From Octopus sinensis (Eukaryota), in contig NC_043022.1 of NCBI RefSeq assembly GCF_006345805.1, positions 3,534,001-3,598,000 of the forward strand: a DNA stretch of 64,000 nucleotides. Direction: 5' to 3'. Numbering within the stretch: position 1 is the first letter of the stretch; the number at the start of each line of letters is the position of its first letter. The position numbers and the translations under genes are program-made. Under the pieces are notes generated by a model. That model was not told the origin of the DNA. It was given only the letters and a program-made list of their open reading frames with translations, and did not search any database. Positions 12,484-25,963 of the stretch are shown here, piece after piece.

Positions 12484-12771
12484 TTAATAAGACATTCAAT
12501 AATTAGTCTAACACCACCCTATCTAGAATAATGAGCACACGAAACTTTCTCACTAAAGCCAGGTCATCCATCTTTTTAGCTTTAACATTTAATTTGTTTC
12601 AGTCACTAAGCTGTGGCCATGTTCGGGCCACCACCTTTTTTTAGTCGAATGAATTGCACCCCACCACCCAGTGCTTTCTAAAGCCCAGTACTCATTCTAT
12701 TGATCTCTTTTTGCTGAACTGCTAAGTTATGGGGACATAAACAAACCAACACCGGTTGTCAAGTGGTGGTG

Positions 12772-12804
<33 letters not shown>

Positions 12805-13455
12805 TGGCTTTTTTCAGTTTCTGTCTGCCAAATCCACTTACAAGGCTTTGGTAGATGGAAACTGAAAGAAGCCTTATCAGGTATAACCATGTGTGTGTAT
12901 CTGTCCAACTGCTGCTTGCCAACCACTGAACTGGTGCTGGTGTGTTTACATCCCCATAACCTAGCGGTTCACCAGAAGCAACCGACAAAATAAGTGCCAG
13001 GACTTAGGAAGAAAAAGAGAAAAAAAAAAAAGGTACTGATGGGGTCAATTCATTCGACTGAAATTTCTTCAAGGCAGTACCCCAGCATGGCCACAGTCTA
13101 ATGACTGAAACACATAGAAGAAAGAAGATGAGATGATATCGGGATTTCAGGAGTTTTGTAAAATGCCTGATGTTGACTGTTGTTAACCCTTTAGAGTTCT
13201 GATTATTCTATCAAACATAATACTTACTGATTCCCATTGATTTGAATTAACCATGCATTATCTCATATCTTCAAGATCTTGATGGTGTAATTACTTAAGG
13301 TAGAATAACATTGTAGGGTAGGTGTGAGGGCCTGGATCTGGTCAGTTTGAACATAAAACAGATTAAATATTTTGGCTGGATATGGCTGGTTTAAATACTA
13401 AAGGGTTAAGCCTGAGATATTTGTGTTAGGAAATTAGGAAATCCTGATCAAGATT

Positions 13456-13684
13456 TTAACCCTTTCGTTACCAACCCGGCTGAAACCACCTCTGGCTTTG
13501 TAGTACAAATGTCTTGTTTTCATAAATTTTGAATTAAAATCTTCCAGCAAACCTTAGTCACAATTTATGCTCCTAACACTAGCTTAATGATAACGAAGTT
13601 ATTTTACGAAATTCTTTGTTACATCTAAAATAATTGAAAGAAACACAGAGCATCTCAAAATAAATAGGGTAACGAAAGGGTTAA
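13456..13684. mobile_element. piggyBac-type MITE, family A
   Basis: Perfect terminal inverted repeat ttaaccctttcgttacc / ggtaacgaaagggttaa with TTAA ends. Other copies at 1-220 (cut by window edge), 28469-28690, 45500-45728 and 45813-46042; degenerate copies at about 57770-58150 and 58568-58710. Confidence 0.88.
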
Positions 13685-13787
13685 TCACTTCAATACAAGT
13701 AGTTTTAGCTGTTTCTGTTTCTTTCTTTTTTTGCGTGTATTTCTTTCATACAAACAACAAGAACATAAAATAAAGAGGCTAACTTAC

Positions 13788-13919
13788 AGAGATTGCTTGT
13801 TCATTGATACCAAAAATGTTGAGCCATTTCTCAATCTTGGGAAACTCAGCAAGACGCTGATCGTTAGCCAGTTTGGCCTTAATGACTAACTGCTGACTAA
13901 ACAGCTTGATTAACTTGCT
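13788..13919 (-). CDS. KSR: KSR (kinase suppressor of Ras) homologue, internal coding exon (second CC helix / start of SAM), 132 nt, phase 0-0
   Basis: Minus strand reads ...gtcctcttctaatttcag|AGCAAGTTAATC...GCAATCTCT|gtaagt. Translation SKLIKLFSQQLVIKAKLANDQRLAEFPKIEKWLNIFGINEQAIS matches the KSR CC-SAM pattern (recalled vertebrate KSR: xKLVKYFSKQL...FPQLRHWF). Canonical splice sites. Absent from the ORF track. Homology is from memory, not a search. Confidence 0.88.
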
Positions 13920-14012
13920 CTGAAATTAGAAGAGGACAAACAGGAATAAAATAAGCATCACAAAACAGTTTGGTGTAGAATTAATTGTTAAAGGAATATT
14001 ATTCCTATTATT

Positions 14013-14590
14013 ATGGTTTCTGATTACAAATATCTTGGGTCATACATATCATCATCTGGAAAAGATTTTCTAACTAGAAAGGGTATGGCCTGGTCAGCTT
14101 GTAATGACATGCATAAGATCTGGTCATCAAATCTAAGTAGAGACTTCAAACTTGAAATCTTCAAAGCCACAGTCGAACCAATTCTACTATATGGCTCAGA
14201 AACCTGGACATTATCAAAGAAGCTTGAGAGGCGGTTGGATGGAACCTACACTCACCTCCTTACGAGAGCTCAAAATCTCTCATGGAAGCGCCATCCAACC
14301 AAAATGCAAATATATGGGAAACTACCACCTGTGTCATCTCTTGTGAAAGGTAAGAGAGTCCAGTTTGCTGGACATTGTTGTAGAGCTGAAAACGAGGCAA
14401 TTTCTGCTCTTCTCTGGAAGCCATCTACTCGCAATACCAGAGGGCGCACACTCTCCTACCCTGATGTAATCTCCAGGGATACAGGCATCCAGCAACAGGA
14501 CCTCCGTAATGCCATGATGGACCGTGAAGTCTGGCATAGCATGGTAAATTCCATTGTCTCGACCACGGTCGAACAATGATGAATGATGAT
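14013..14590 (+). mobile_element. 5'-truncated RTE-clade LINE, C-terminal ORF2 region, (ATG)n tail
   Basis: Translation YKYLGSYI...FKATVEPILLYGSETWTL...RVQFAGHCCR...RDTG...MMDREVW is typical of the region downstream of the RT core in RTE-like LINEs. The stop codon is followed directly by atgatgatg. Confidence 0.88.
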
Positions 14591-14656
14591 GATCATCATT
14601 ATTAAGGCGGCCAGCTGACAGAACCGATATTATTATTATTATTATTGAGGATAAAT

Positions 14657-17600
14657 GAGGCGGTGAGCTGGCAGAATTGTTAGCATGTGGGACAAAATGC
14701 TGAGCAGTATTTCGCCAAGGTTGACTTTACCTTTCATCCCTTCAGGGTCAATAAATTAAGTACCAGTTGAATACTGAGGGTCAATGTAATCGACTATTCC
14801 TTGCCCCCAAATTTCCCTTGAGCCTTTAGTAGAAAGGATTATCATTTTTATCAAGGGTAACTAAGGTGGGGTGAACTGGCAGGATCATTAGCATGATGGA
14901 CGAAATGCTTAGAGTAAAAACTCTGCCAAGGTTGACTTTACCTTTCATCCCTTCAGGGTCAAAATTAAGTACCAGTTGAATACTGAGGGTCAATGTAATC
15001 GACTATTCTTGCCCCCAAATTTCCCTTGAGCCTTTAGTAGAAAGGATTATCATTTTTATCAAGGGTAACTAAGGTGGGGTGAACTGGCAGGATCATTAGC
15101 ACGATGGACGAAATGCTTAGAGTAAAAACTCTGCCAAGGTTGACTTTACCTTTCATCCCTTCAGGGTCAATAAATTAAGTACCAGTTGAATACTGAGGGT
15201 CAATGTAATCGACTATTCCTTGCCCCCAATTTCCCTTGAGCCTTTAGTAGAAAGGATTATCATTTTTATCAAGGGTAACTAAGGTGGGGTGAACTGGCAG
15301 GATCATTAGCATGATGGACGAAATGCTTAGAGTAAAAACTCTGCCAAGGTTGACTTACCTTTCATCCCTTCAGGGTCAATAAATAAGTACCAGTTGAATA
15401 CTGAGGGTCAATGTAATCGACTATTCCTTGCCCCCAAATTTCCCTTGAGCCTTTAGTAGAAAGGATTATCATTTTCATCAAGGGTAACTAAGGTGGGGTG
15501 AACTGGCAGGATCATTAGCATGATGGACGAAATGCTTAGAGTAAAAACTCTGCCAAGGTTGACTTTACCTTTCATCCCTTCAGGGTCAATAAATTAAGTA
15601 CCAGTTGAATACTGAGGGTCAATGTAATCGACTATTCCTTGCCCCCAAATTTCCCTTGAGCCTTTAGTAGAAAGGATTATCATTTTTATCAAGGGTAACT
15701 AAGGTGGGGTGAACTGGCAGGATCATTAGCATGATGGACGAAATGCTTAGAGTAAAAACTCTGCCAAGGTTGACTTACCTTTCATCCCTTCAGGGTCAGG
15801 GTCAATAAATTAAGTACCAGTTGAATACTGAGGGTCAATGTAATCGACTATTCCTGCCCCCAAATTTCCCTTGAGCCTTTAGTAGAAAGGATTATCATTT
15901 TTATCAAGGGTAACTAAGGTGGGGTGAACTGGCAGGATCATTAGCATGATGGACGAAATGCTTAGAGTAAAAACTCTGCCAAGGTTGACTTTACCTTTCA
16001 TCCCTTCAGGGTCAATAAATTAAGTACCAGTTGAATACTGAGGGTCAATGTAATCGACTATTCCTTGCCCCCAAATTTCCCTTGAGCCTTTAGTAGAAAG
16101 GATTATCATTTTTATCAAGGGTAACTAAGGTGGGGTGAACTGGCAGGATCATTAGCATGATGGACGAAATGCTTAGAGTAAAAACTCTGCCAAGGTTGAC
16201 TTTACCTTTCATCCCTTCAGGGTCAATAAATTAAGTACCAGTTGAATACTGAGGGTCAATGTAATCGACTATTCCTTGCCCCCAAATTTCCCTTGAGCCT
16301 TAGTAGAAAGGATTATCATTTTCATCAAGGGTAACTAAGGTGGGGTGAACTGGCAGGATCATTAGCATGATGGACGAAATGCTTAGAGTAAAAACTCTGC
16401 AAGGTTGACTTTACCTTTCATCCCTTCAGGGTCAATAAATTAAGTACCAGTTGAATACTGAGGGTCAATGTAATCGACTATTCCTTGCCCCCAAATTTCC
16501 CTTGAGCCTTTAGTAGAAAGGATTATCATTTTTATCAAGGGTAACTAAGGTGGGGTGAACTGGCAGGATCATTAGCATGATGGACGAAATGCTTAGAGTA
16601 AAAACTCTGCCAAGGTTGACTTTACCTTTCATCCCTTCAGGGTCAATAAATTAAGTACCAGTTGAATACTGAGGGTCAATGTAATCGACTATTCCTTGCC
16701 CCCAAATTTCCCTTGAGCCTTTAGTAGAAAGGATTATCATTTTCATCAAGGGTAACTAAGGTGGGGTGAACTGGCAGGATCATTAGCATGATGGACGAAA
16801 TGCTTAGAGTAAAAACTCTGCCAAGGTTGACTTTACCTTTCATCCCTTCAGGGTCAATAAATTAAGTACCAGTTGAATACTGAGGGTCAATGTAATCGAC
16901 TATTCCTTGCCCCCCAAATCCCTTGAGCCTTTAGTAGAAAGGATTATCATTTTCATCAAGGGTAACTAAGGTGGGGTGAACTGGCAGGATCATTAGCATG
17001 ATGGACGAAATGCTTAGAGTAAAAACTCTGCCAAGGTTGACTTTACCTTTCATCCTTCAGGGTCATAAATTAAGTACCAGTTGAATACTGAGGGTCAATG
17101 TAATCGACTATCCTTGCCCCCAAATTTCCCTTGAGCCTTTAGTAGAAAGATTATCATTTTCATCAAGGGTAACTAAGGTGGGGTGAACTGGCAGGATCAT
17201 TAGCATGATGGACGAAATGCTTAGAGTAAAAACTCTGCCAAGGTTGACTTTACCTTTCATCCCTTCAGGGTCAATAAATTAAGTACCAGTTGAATACTGA
17301 GGGTCAATGTAATCGACTATTCCTTGCCCCCAAATTTCCTTGAGCCTTTAGTAGAAAGGATTATCATTTTTATCAAGGGTAACTAAGGTGGGGTGAACTG
17401 GCAGGATCATTAGCATGATGGACGAAATGCTTAGAGTAAAAACTCTGCCAAGGTTGACTTTACCTTTCATCCCTTCAGGGTCAATAAATTAAGTACCAGT
17501 TGATACTGAGGGTCAATGTAATCGACTATTCCTTGCCCCCAAATTTCCCTTGAGCCTTTAGTAGAAAGGATTATCATTTTTATCAAGGGTAACTAAGGTG

Positions 17601-17922
17601 GGGTGAACTGGCAGGATCATTAGCACGATGACGACGAAATGCTTAGAGTAAAAACTCTGCCAAGGTTGACTTTACCTTTCATCCCTTCAGGGTCAATAAA
17701 TTAAGTACCAGTTGAATACTGAGGGTCAATGTAATCGACTATTCCTTGCCCCCAAATTTCCCTTGAGCCTTTAGTAGAAAGGATTATCATTTTTATCAAG
17801 GGTAACTAAGGTGGGGTGAACTGGCAGGATCATTAGCACGATGGACGAAATGCTTAGAGTAAAAACTCTGCCAAGGTTGACTTTACCTTTCATCCCTTCA
17901 GGGTCAATAAATTAAGTACCAG
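14657..17922 (+). repeat. 210-bp tandem array (15 full units plus one partial) made of second-family SINE sequence
   Basis: Identical 10-mers recur every 420 bp (e.g. 16141 and 16561); gccaaggttgac spans 14714 to 17870. The unit contains a SINE body, tail and a head with an internal deletion. Confidence 0.96.
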
Positions 17923-18279
17923 TGAAACACTGGGGTTGATGTAATCAACTTAATCCCCTCCCCCAAGTTGCCCCTGTGGTAAAAATTCGAAATCTCATTA
18001 TTATCCGCCGAGATCAACTCTGCCTTTCATCCTTTCAGGGTCAGCTGAGCAGTGGGGTTTATGTAATCAACTTACTTCCTCACTAAAATTGCTAGCCTTG
18101 TACCGAAATCTGAAACCATCATTATTATTATAATATTAGATGTGGTGAGCTGGCAGAATCATTAGCAGTATTTTGTCCATCATTACATTGTTAAAATAAG
18201 TACCAGTTACACACTGGGGTCAATGTAATCGACTATTCATCTCCCCCAAATTTCAGGCCTTGTGCCTTTAGTAGAAAGG

Positions 18280-18312
<33 letters not shown>

Positions 18313-18478
18313 AGGCGTAGGAGTGGCTGTGTGGTAAGTAGCTTGCTTACGAACCACATGGTTCCGGGTTCAGTCCCACTGCGTGGCACCTTGGGTAAGT
18401 GTTTTCTACTATAGCCTCGGGCCGACCAAAGCTTTGTGAGTGGATTTAAGAGACGGAAACTGAAAGAAGCCTGTCGTA

Positions 18479-18518
<40 letters not shown>

Positions 18519-19279
18519 CGTCTTTGCATGTCTGTGTTTGTCTCCCCAACATCGCTTGACAACCGATGCTGGTGTGTTTACGTCCCCGTAACTTAGTGGT
18601 TCGGCAAAAAAAGAGACCGATAAAATAAGTACTAAAATAAGTCTTGGGGTTGATTTGATCGACTAAATGCGGTGCTCCAGCATGGCCACAGTCACATGGC
18701 TGAAACAAGTAAAAGAGTAAAGAGTAAAAGAGAATATTATTATTATTATTATTATATTATTATTATTGTTGTTGTTTTACTTCTCAGAGCCCTCAATCTT
18801 GTTTGCTCCGGTAGATTCTCTGAGAGCAGACAGCAGAGCCTGCTGCCAAAGATCTCACAGGGTCTCTTTCCACACATTATAAGCTTTAGTACTTGGTTGT
18901 TAATTACTACAGGAGACATCCAACATCCATGAACCAATCTCAAAATTATTACTATTATTATTATTATTTTCAATTTGATATCAGCAAAGATGTCAACAGA
19001 TACAATACAGGAGTCACGCAAGACTTAGGATACCGTTCGGCCACAATAGCTGATGTACGAAATGGTATGATGCTTGTCATGTTTACGGTGCCTTAATTAT
19101 GAGATATTTCAAAACAACTCACACACACAATACATCAAAATAATTGTCTTAAATAAATTTATCTGCTTTCCAAATATTCCGTAGAGTGTCTACAATGTAA
19201 GTCGTATGCAATGACTGTACAAACCTAATAATAGAACAGGCGAACACCAAAGCAATGACAGCTTTCACAATAGATAAGG

Positions 19280-19294
19280 AAATAAAACATATAT

Positions 19295-19335
<41 letters not shown>

Positions 19336-21030
19336 ATATATATATACACAGACACGCACCTATATATGTAAATATGTATACATACACGCATACCTATATA
19401 TGTATATATATGTATACATACACACATACCTATATATGTATATGTACGTACACATACACGCATACCTATATATGTATATGTACGTACACACACACGCATA
19501 CCTATATATGTATATGTATGTATACACACACATACCTATATATGTATATATACACACACACATACCTATATATGTATATGTATGTATACACACACACACA
19601 CATACCTATAAATGTATATGTACGTATACATACACACATACCTATATATGTATATGTATGTATACATACACACATACCTATATATGTAAATATGTATATG
19701 TATACATACACACATACCTATATATGTATATGTATACGTACACACATACCTATATATGTATATGTACGTATACATACACACATACCTATATATGTATATG
19801 TATGTATATACACACGCATACCTATATATGTATATGTATGTATACACACATACCTATATATGTATATGTATGTATACACACACACATACCTATATATGTA
19901 TATGTATGTATACATACACACATACCTATATATGTATATGTACGTATACATGCACACATACCTATATATGTATACATACACACATACCTATATATGTATG
20001 TATACATACACACATACCTATATATGTATACATACACACATACCTATATATGTATGTATACACACACTCATACCTATATATGTATACATACACACATACC
20101 TATATATGTATGTATACACACACTCATACCTATATATGTATGTATACACACACACATACCTATATATGTATATGTACGTATACACACACACATACCTATA
20201 TATGTATATGTACGTATACATACACACATACCTATATATGTATATGTACGTATACACACACACATACCTATATATGTATATGTACGTATACACACACACA
20301 TACCTATATATGTATATGTACGTATACACACACACATACCTATATATGTATAAGTACGTATACACACACACACATACCTATATATGTATGTATATATATA
20401 TACACACACATACCTATATATGTATATGTACGTATACACACACACATACCTATATATGTATATGTACGTATACACACACACATACCTATATATGTATATG
20501 TACGTATACACACACACATACCTATATATGTATATGTACGTATACACACACACATACCTATATATGTATATGTACGTATACATACACACATACCTATATA
20601 TGTATATGTACGTATACATACACACATACCTATATATGTATATGTACGTATACATACACACATACCTATATATGTATATGTATGTATACATACACACATA
20701 CCTATATATGTATATGTATGTATACACACACACATATCTATATATGTATATGTACGTATACATACACACATAGCTATATATGTATATATATGTATATATA
20801 TATATATACACACATACCTAAATATGTATATGTATGTATATATATATTTATATATATATATATATATGTATTTATATATATATATATATATATGCATGTA
20901 TATATATATATATGTATATATATGTATGTATATATATATATATATGTATATATATGTATGTATATATCTATATATATGTATGTATATATATATATACACA
21001 CACATACACATGCGTACAATGCATGAAATT
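19280..21030. repeat. Microsatellite-derived minisatellite (~26-38-bp unit, core 36 bp) grading into (TA)n
   Basis: Unit catacctatatatgtatatgtacgtatacacacaca; 36-bp period around 20161-20197. Confidence 0.93.
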
Positions 21031-22091
21031 CTAATTTAAAAATAAAAAGCTAAATATGTTTATCTCAGAAAAAAAAAAAGAAGAACCATTTAACTACCAT
21101 TAATCATGATGGCTTTAAATTTTGGCAGAGGGCAAGCAGCCTTTTTCTCTTTTTGAGGGGAGGGGAAGCCATTAAGATTTGACCATGGTACTTGACTGGT
21201 ACTCTTTTATCAACCCCAAAAGAATGACAAGAATATAACATAAAACACAGGCAAGATGCCACAAAACATTTTGCCCAGAATGCCAACAGTTCTGCCAGTT
21301 CACCACTATATAAAAAAAAGAGGGGAAGATGTTTCCAATTTTGGCACCAGGCCAGCAATTTTGAGGGAGGGTTACATTGATTACATTAACCCTGGTGGAA
21401 TTTGAACTCAGATGCCACTGAACACTTTGTCCAGAATGCCAACGATTGGCTGTGTGGTAAGTAGCTTGCTAACCAACCACATGGTTCCAGGTTCAGTCCC
21501 ACTGCGTGGCATCTTGGGCAAGTGCCTTCTGCTATAGCCCCGGGCCGACCAATGCCTTGTGAGTGGATTTGGTAGACAGAAACTGAAAGAAGCCTGTCGT
21601 ATATATGTATATATATATGTATGTATATATGTGTGTGTTTGTGTGTCTGTCCCCCTAGCATTGCTTGACAACCAATGCTGGTGTGTTTACGTCCCCGTCA
21701 CTTAGTGGTTCGGCAAAAGAGATCGATAGAATAAGTACTGGGCTTAAAAGAATAAGTCCCGGGGTCGATTTGCTCGACTAAAGGCGGTGCTCCAGCATGG
21801 CCGCAGTCAAATGACTGAAACAAGTAAAGAGATTCTACCAGCTCATCACCATAAAATTTTTTTAAAAAAAAGAAAGAAAAAAAGGGAGCAGGGGATTCCA
21901 GTTTTTAGCACCAGGCCAGCAACTTCAAGGGAGTGGTTAAATCGATTACATTGACTTCGGCAGAATTTGAACTCAGAACATCAAGGATGACATGTTGATA
22001 CGCATTTTGCTCGGTGAGCCGACGATTCAGCAAGCTTGCTGTCTTAGCAACAACTGTAACAGTTGTGCCTCTGATATTTGGTGCATTAGAA

Positions 22092-22322
22092 CGGTGGTTC
22101 CCAAACGTTTTCGGGCTGCCGCCCCCTTGACATCCAAGCCACATTCCTAGTGCCCCCACCCCAACTGACCATCACAAACATAGACCTCTTTATCAAGCAA
22201 ATTCAAAGGAACTCAACGAAACCATTCGCTACCCAATTATCACCCCCACTTTTCTTCAAAGCTCCCTTGGAACTTTCCACCACCCCCAGGTGGGGGCAAT
22301 ACCACCACTTTGGGAACCACTG
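22092..22322. mobile_element. hAT (Charlie-like) MITE
   Basis: Ends cggtggttcccaaac / tttgggaaccactg. The 8-bp flanks cattagaa and atatagac share the TAGA core of Charlie-type targets. A lone similar left end (cagtggttctcaac) lies at 25101. Confidence 0.75.
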
Positions 22323-23705
22323 ATATAGACAAACGGTTGAGGGGAGATTGGAATGGAATGTCCCACAGAGCTTCTACAGAAAGTTCGTCTCATAGAAACA
22401 AGAAAGATTATTAGAAGGCGTTTGAGCACTCGAAAGCTTGTGGATGTCTAAGGTTACAGGTAGTAACCTGCTACCCACATAGATTCTACCCGGAATATGA
22501 TTAAAGCCGAGTCAAGCTGAATGATAATAATAATGATCCTTCCTATTGTAGGCATATGGTCTGAAATCTGAACTCAGATGCCACTGAACACTTTGTCCAG
22601 AATGCCAACGATTGGCTGTGTGGTAAGTAGCTTGCTAACCAACCACATGGTTCCAGGTTCAGTCCCACTGAGTTAATTACATCAACCCCAGTGCTTGACT
22701 GATACTTATGTTTATTGACCCTGCAAAGAAAGATGAAGGACAAAGATGCCCTTGGAGATATTTGAACTCAGAATGTAAAACTTGGAATTTTGTCTGACAA
22801 ATCAGCACATTGCCTCAGAAGTCATTTCTATTAGAGGCACGGGGCCTGAAATTTGGGGAGAGGCAAGGGGTAGTCAGTTATACTGATCCCCCAGTGTCTA
22901 ACTGGTACTTATTTTATCGAACCTGCTAGGACAGGAGGCAAAGTTGACCGGCAGAATTTCAACTCTCACCATAGAGGGTCAGAAGAATCACCGAGAAGGC
23001 TTTTGACTGGAGCCAACGGTTTTCCCAGCTCACTGCTCTTAACAACAACAACAATACCAGCAGCAATAATGATTGTTAAGGGTGCACAGCAGCTCTGAAC
23101 AATAAACAACCCTTTCCCCCTAAAACATCCAGGCACAAGGCCCGGATGTTTTAGGGTGAAAAGGAGGACAGTCGATCACACCAATGTTCGGTCCCACTGT
23201 GTGGCACCTTAGGTGAGTGTATTCTACTATAGCCTTGGAGTGACAAAAGCCTTGTGAATGGATCTGGTAGATGGAAACTGAAAGAAGCCCGTAGTATATG
23301 TGTATATTTGTGTGTGTGTGTGTGTGTCTTCCCACTATTGCTTGACAACCGATGTCGGTGTGCTCACGTCCCCATAACAAAGCGGTTTGGCAAAAAGAGT
23401 CTGACGGAATAAGTGCTAGGCTTACAAAAAATACGTCCCGGAGTCGATTTCTTTGATCAAAACCCCCTTTCAGGCGGCGCTCCAGCATGGCCGCAGCCAA
23501 ATGACAAACAAGTAAAAGAATAACAGAATGTTCATGTATAGGCGCAGGCGTGGCTGTGTGGTAAGTAGCTTGCTAACCAACCACATGGTTCCGGGTTCAG
23601 TCCCACTGTGTGGCACCTTGGGCAAGTGTCTTCTGCTATAGCCCCGGGCCGACCAATGCCTTGTGAGTGGATTTGGTAGACGGAAACTGAAAGAAGCCTG
23701 TCGTG

Positions 23706-23736
<31 letters not shown>

Positions 23737-25189
23737 TTGTCCCCCCAACATCGCTGATGCTGGTGTGTTTACATCCCTGTCACTTAGCGGTTCGGCAAAA
23801 GAGACCGATAGAATAAGTACTGGGCTTACAAAGAATAAGTCCCGGGGTCGATTTGCTCGACTAAAGGCGGTGCTCCAGCATGGTCGCAGTCAGATGACAA
23901 ACAAGTAAAAGAATAACAGAATGTTCGTGTATTCATGGTCGTTCTGTTTAAATCTAACCTTGCTCTGAGTCGGTACAGCTGTTACAAAGTACATCTGATA
24001 GTGCTGTCGTCAAGTATAGGTGGTGGTGGTGGTAGTGGTGGTTTTTGCTTAGCAATAGCAGCAATGAAAGAGATAAAAAGTGATATTTAAAAACACTACA
24101 GTACAACTGTGTTGTTGTTTTTGTTGTGTTTTGCTGTGATATTGTTATTGATCTTTTCTCTTTTCTCTTTTACTTGTTTCAGTCATTTGACTGCGGCCAT
24201 GCTGGAGCACCGCCTTTAGTTGAGCCCAGTACTTATTCTATCGGTCTCTTTTGCCGAACCGCTAAGTGACAGGGACGTAAACACACCAGCATCGGTTGTC
24301 AAGCAATGCTAGGGGGACAAACACACACATATATATATATATACGACAGGCTTCTTTCAGTTTTCGTCTACCAAATCCACTCACAAGGCATTGGTCGTCC
24401 CGGGGCTATAGCAGAAGACACTTGCCCAAGATGCCACGCAGTGGGACTGAACCCGCAACCATGTGGTTGGTTAGCAAGCTACCAGGTTTTTTTTTTTTCG
24501 TGTAAAAAAAAATTTCTGGAGTAAGGGTGCAGGCATGGCTGTGTGGTAAGAGGTCTGCTTCCCAACCACACGGTACCAGGTTCTGGAGGTTCAGTCCCAC
24601 TGCTTGACACCTTGGACAAGTGTCTTCTACTGTAGCCTTGGGCTGGCCAAAGTCATGTCAGTAGATTTGAAGGACAGAAAGTGAAAGCCTGTCGTATGTG
24701 TGTGTGTGTGAGGCCCCCGCCCCCCATCACTTGAAAATCAGTATCAGTCTGTTTACGAGCCCTTAAAGTACCAGGTTTAGAAAAAAATAAAGTACTGTGG
24801 TCAGTACATTCAACCAAAAATTTCTTCAAGGCAGTGCCCCAGCATGACCGTAGTCTAATGATTAAAACAAGTAAAATAGAAAAGATAAAGCAATGACACT
24901 AATGGCTGTGCTCCAGCTAGGCCACAACCTCTGGCTGAAACTGATAGAATGATAGAGTAACAACATCACTGTCACTCATGGGAAATAGTCATACACACAC
25001 ACACACACATGCCTTCATTGAGCTTTTGTGTAGCCATTTTGCTGGCAAGTCATTGGTCAAGCAAGGCTATAGAAGAAGACAGCTGGTCAAGGTGCTAAGC
25101 CAGTGGTTCTCAACTGGGGTCCACAGAAGATTTGGCTAAAATTTATCTGCAACAAATTGGTTACATTTCTACAATACACAAAATATTTT

Positions 25190-25508
25190 GTGAGGTATAT
25201 TTGCCATCTCAATATGGCTAAGCACTAAGGGTGGGTGTTACTGTAGCTTGTAGCCCCAGGAGAACATCTCCTCCAGCTGGCTTAAGGCACACTTTCTGTG
25301 CCCTAAAGCATTTGCAAAGGGAGGTCATCATTCCCTTGTCAACCTAAGTGATACGCATGGACTGCAGTTTCTAGGTATTGACCTGTCATCAGCGTACGAC
25401 AATCACCGGTTTTCGATTAAAGGGGTCCCAATGCAAATACTTATATCGTTTTTCCACACACACCCACCCTTAGTGCTTAGCCATATTGAGATGGCAAATA
25501 TACCTCAC
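25190..25508. mobile_element. MITE with perfect 49-bp TIRs and AT-rich TSD (MULE-like or hAT-like)
   Basis: 25190-25238 is the exact reverse complement of 25460-25508. The flanking duplication aaaatatttt lies at 25180-25189 and 25509-25518. Confidence 0.88.
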
Positions 25509-25837
25509 AAAATATTTTCTTTCACTGATTCCAGTCATGAGGAACACCAATCTCCCTGAGTTCAACCAAGCACATCAATACTGGGGGCTTATTTTATCGA
25601 TCTTAAAAGGATGAAGATTTAAGTGGATCTGGGTGGGATTTGAACTCGAAAATAAAAAAGGAAAAAAAATGTAAAAGACTAATTAAATACCAAAAGTATT
25701 TTGTCTGATGGTTCAGTGGCGCTTACCATCCACCATAAACATATTAGACAACAACAACAACAACAAAATTATCCACCGTTGCATGTGTTGAAAATAAACC
25801 AACCCAATTAGAGAAGATTGTAGGTCAGTGGGGTAAC

Positions 25838-25930
25838 TCGTGTGTGTGTGTGTGTGTGTGCATGTGTGTTTGTGTGCTTCAGTGTGTGTGCATGTGTGTG
25901 TGTGTGTGTGTGTGCATGTATGTTTGTGTG

Positions 25931-25963
<33 letters not shown>

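Noticed and set aside
18752-19096. Possible KSR exon or RTE relic in the unique-looking sequence at 18781-19100
   Set aside because: No KSR similarity, the donor phase is incompatible with the 13919 acceptor in the open frames, and the RRHPT match to RTE is too short.
19185-19196. Plus-strand 12-nt microexon-like signal (ccgtag|AGTGTCTACAAT|gtaagt)
   Set aside because: Antisense to KSR with no partner exons; such signals are expected by chance.
19149-21039. Tyr/Ile/His/Cys-rich ORFs of 100-550 aa
   Set aside because: Translations of TA/CA microsatellite. The same holds for 25713-26223.
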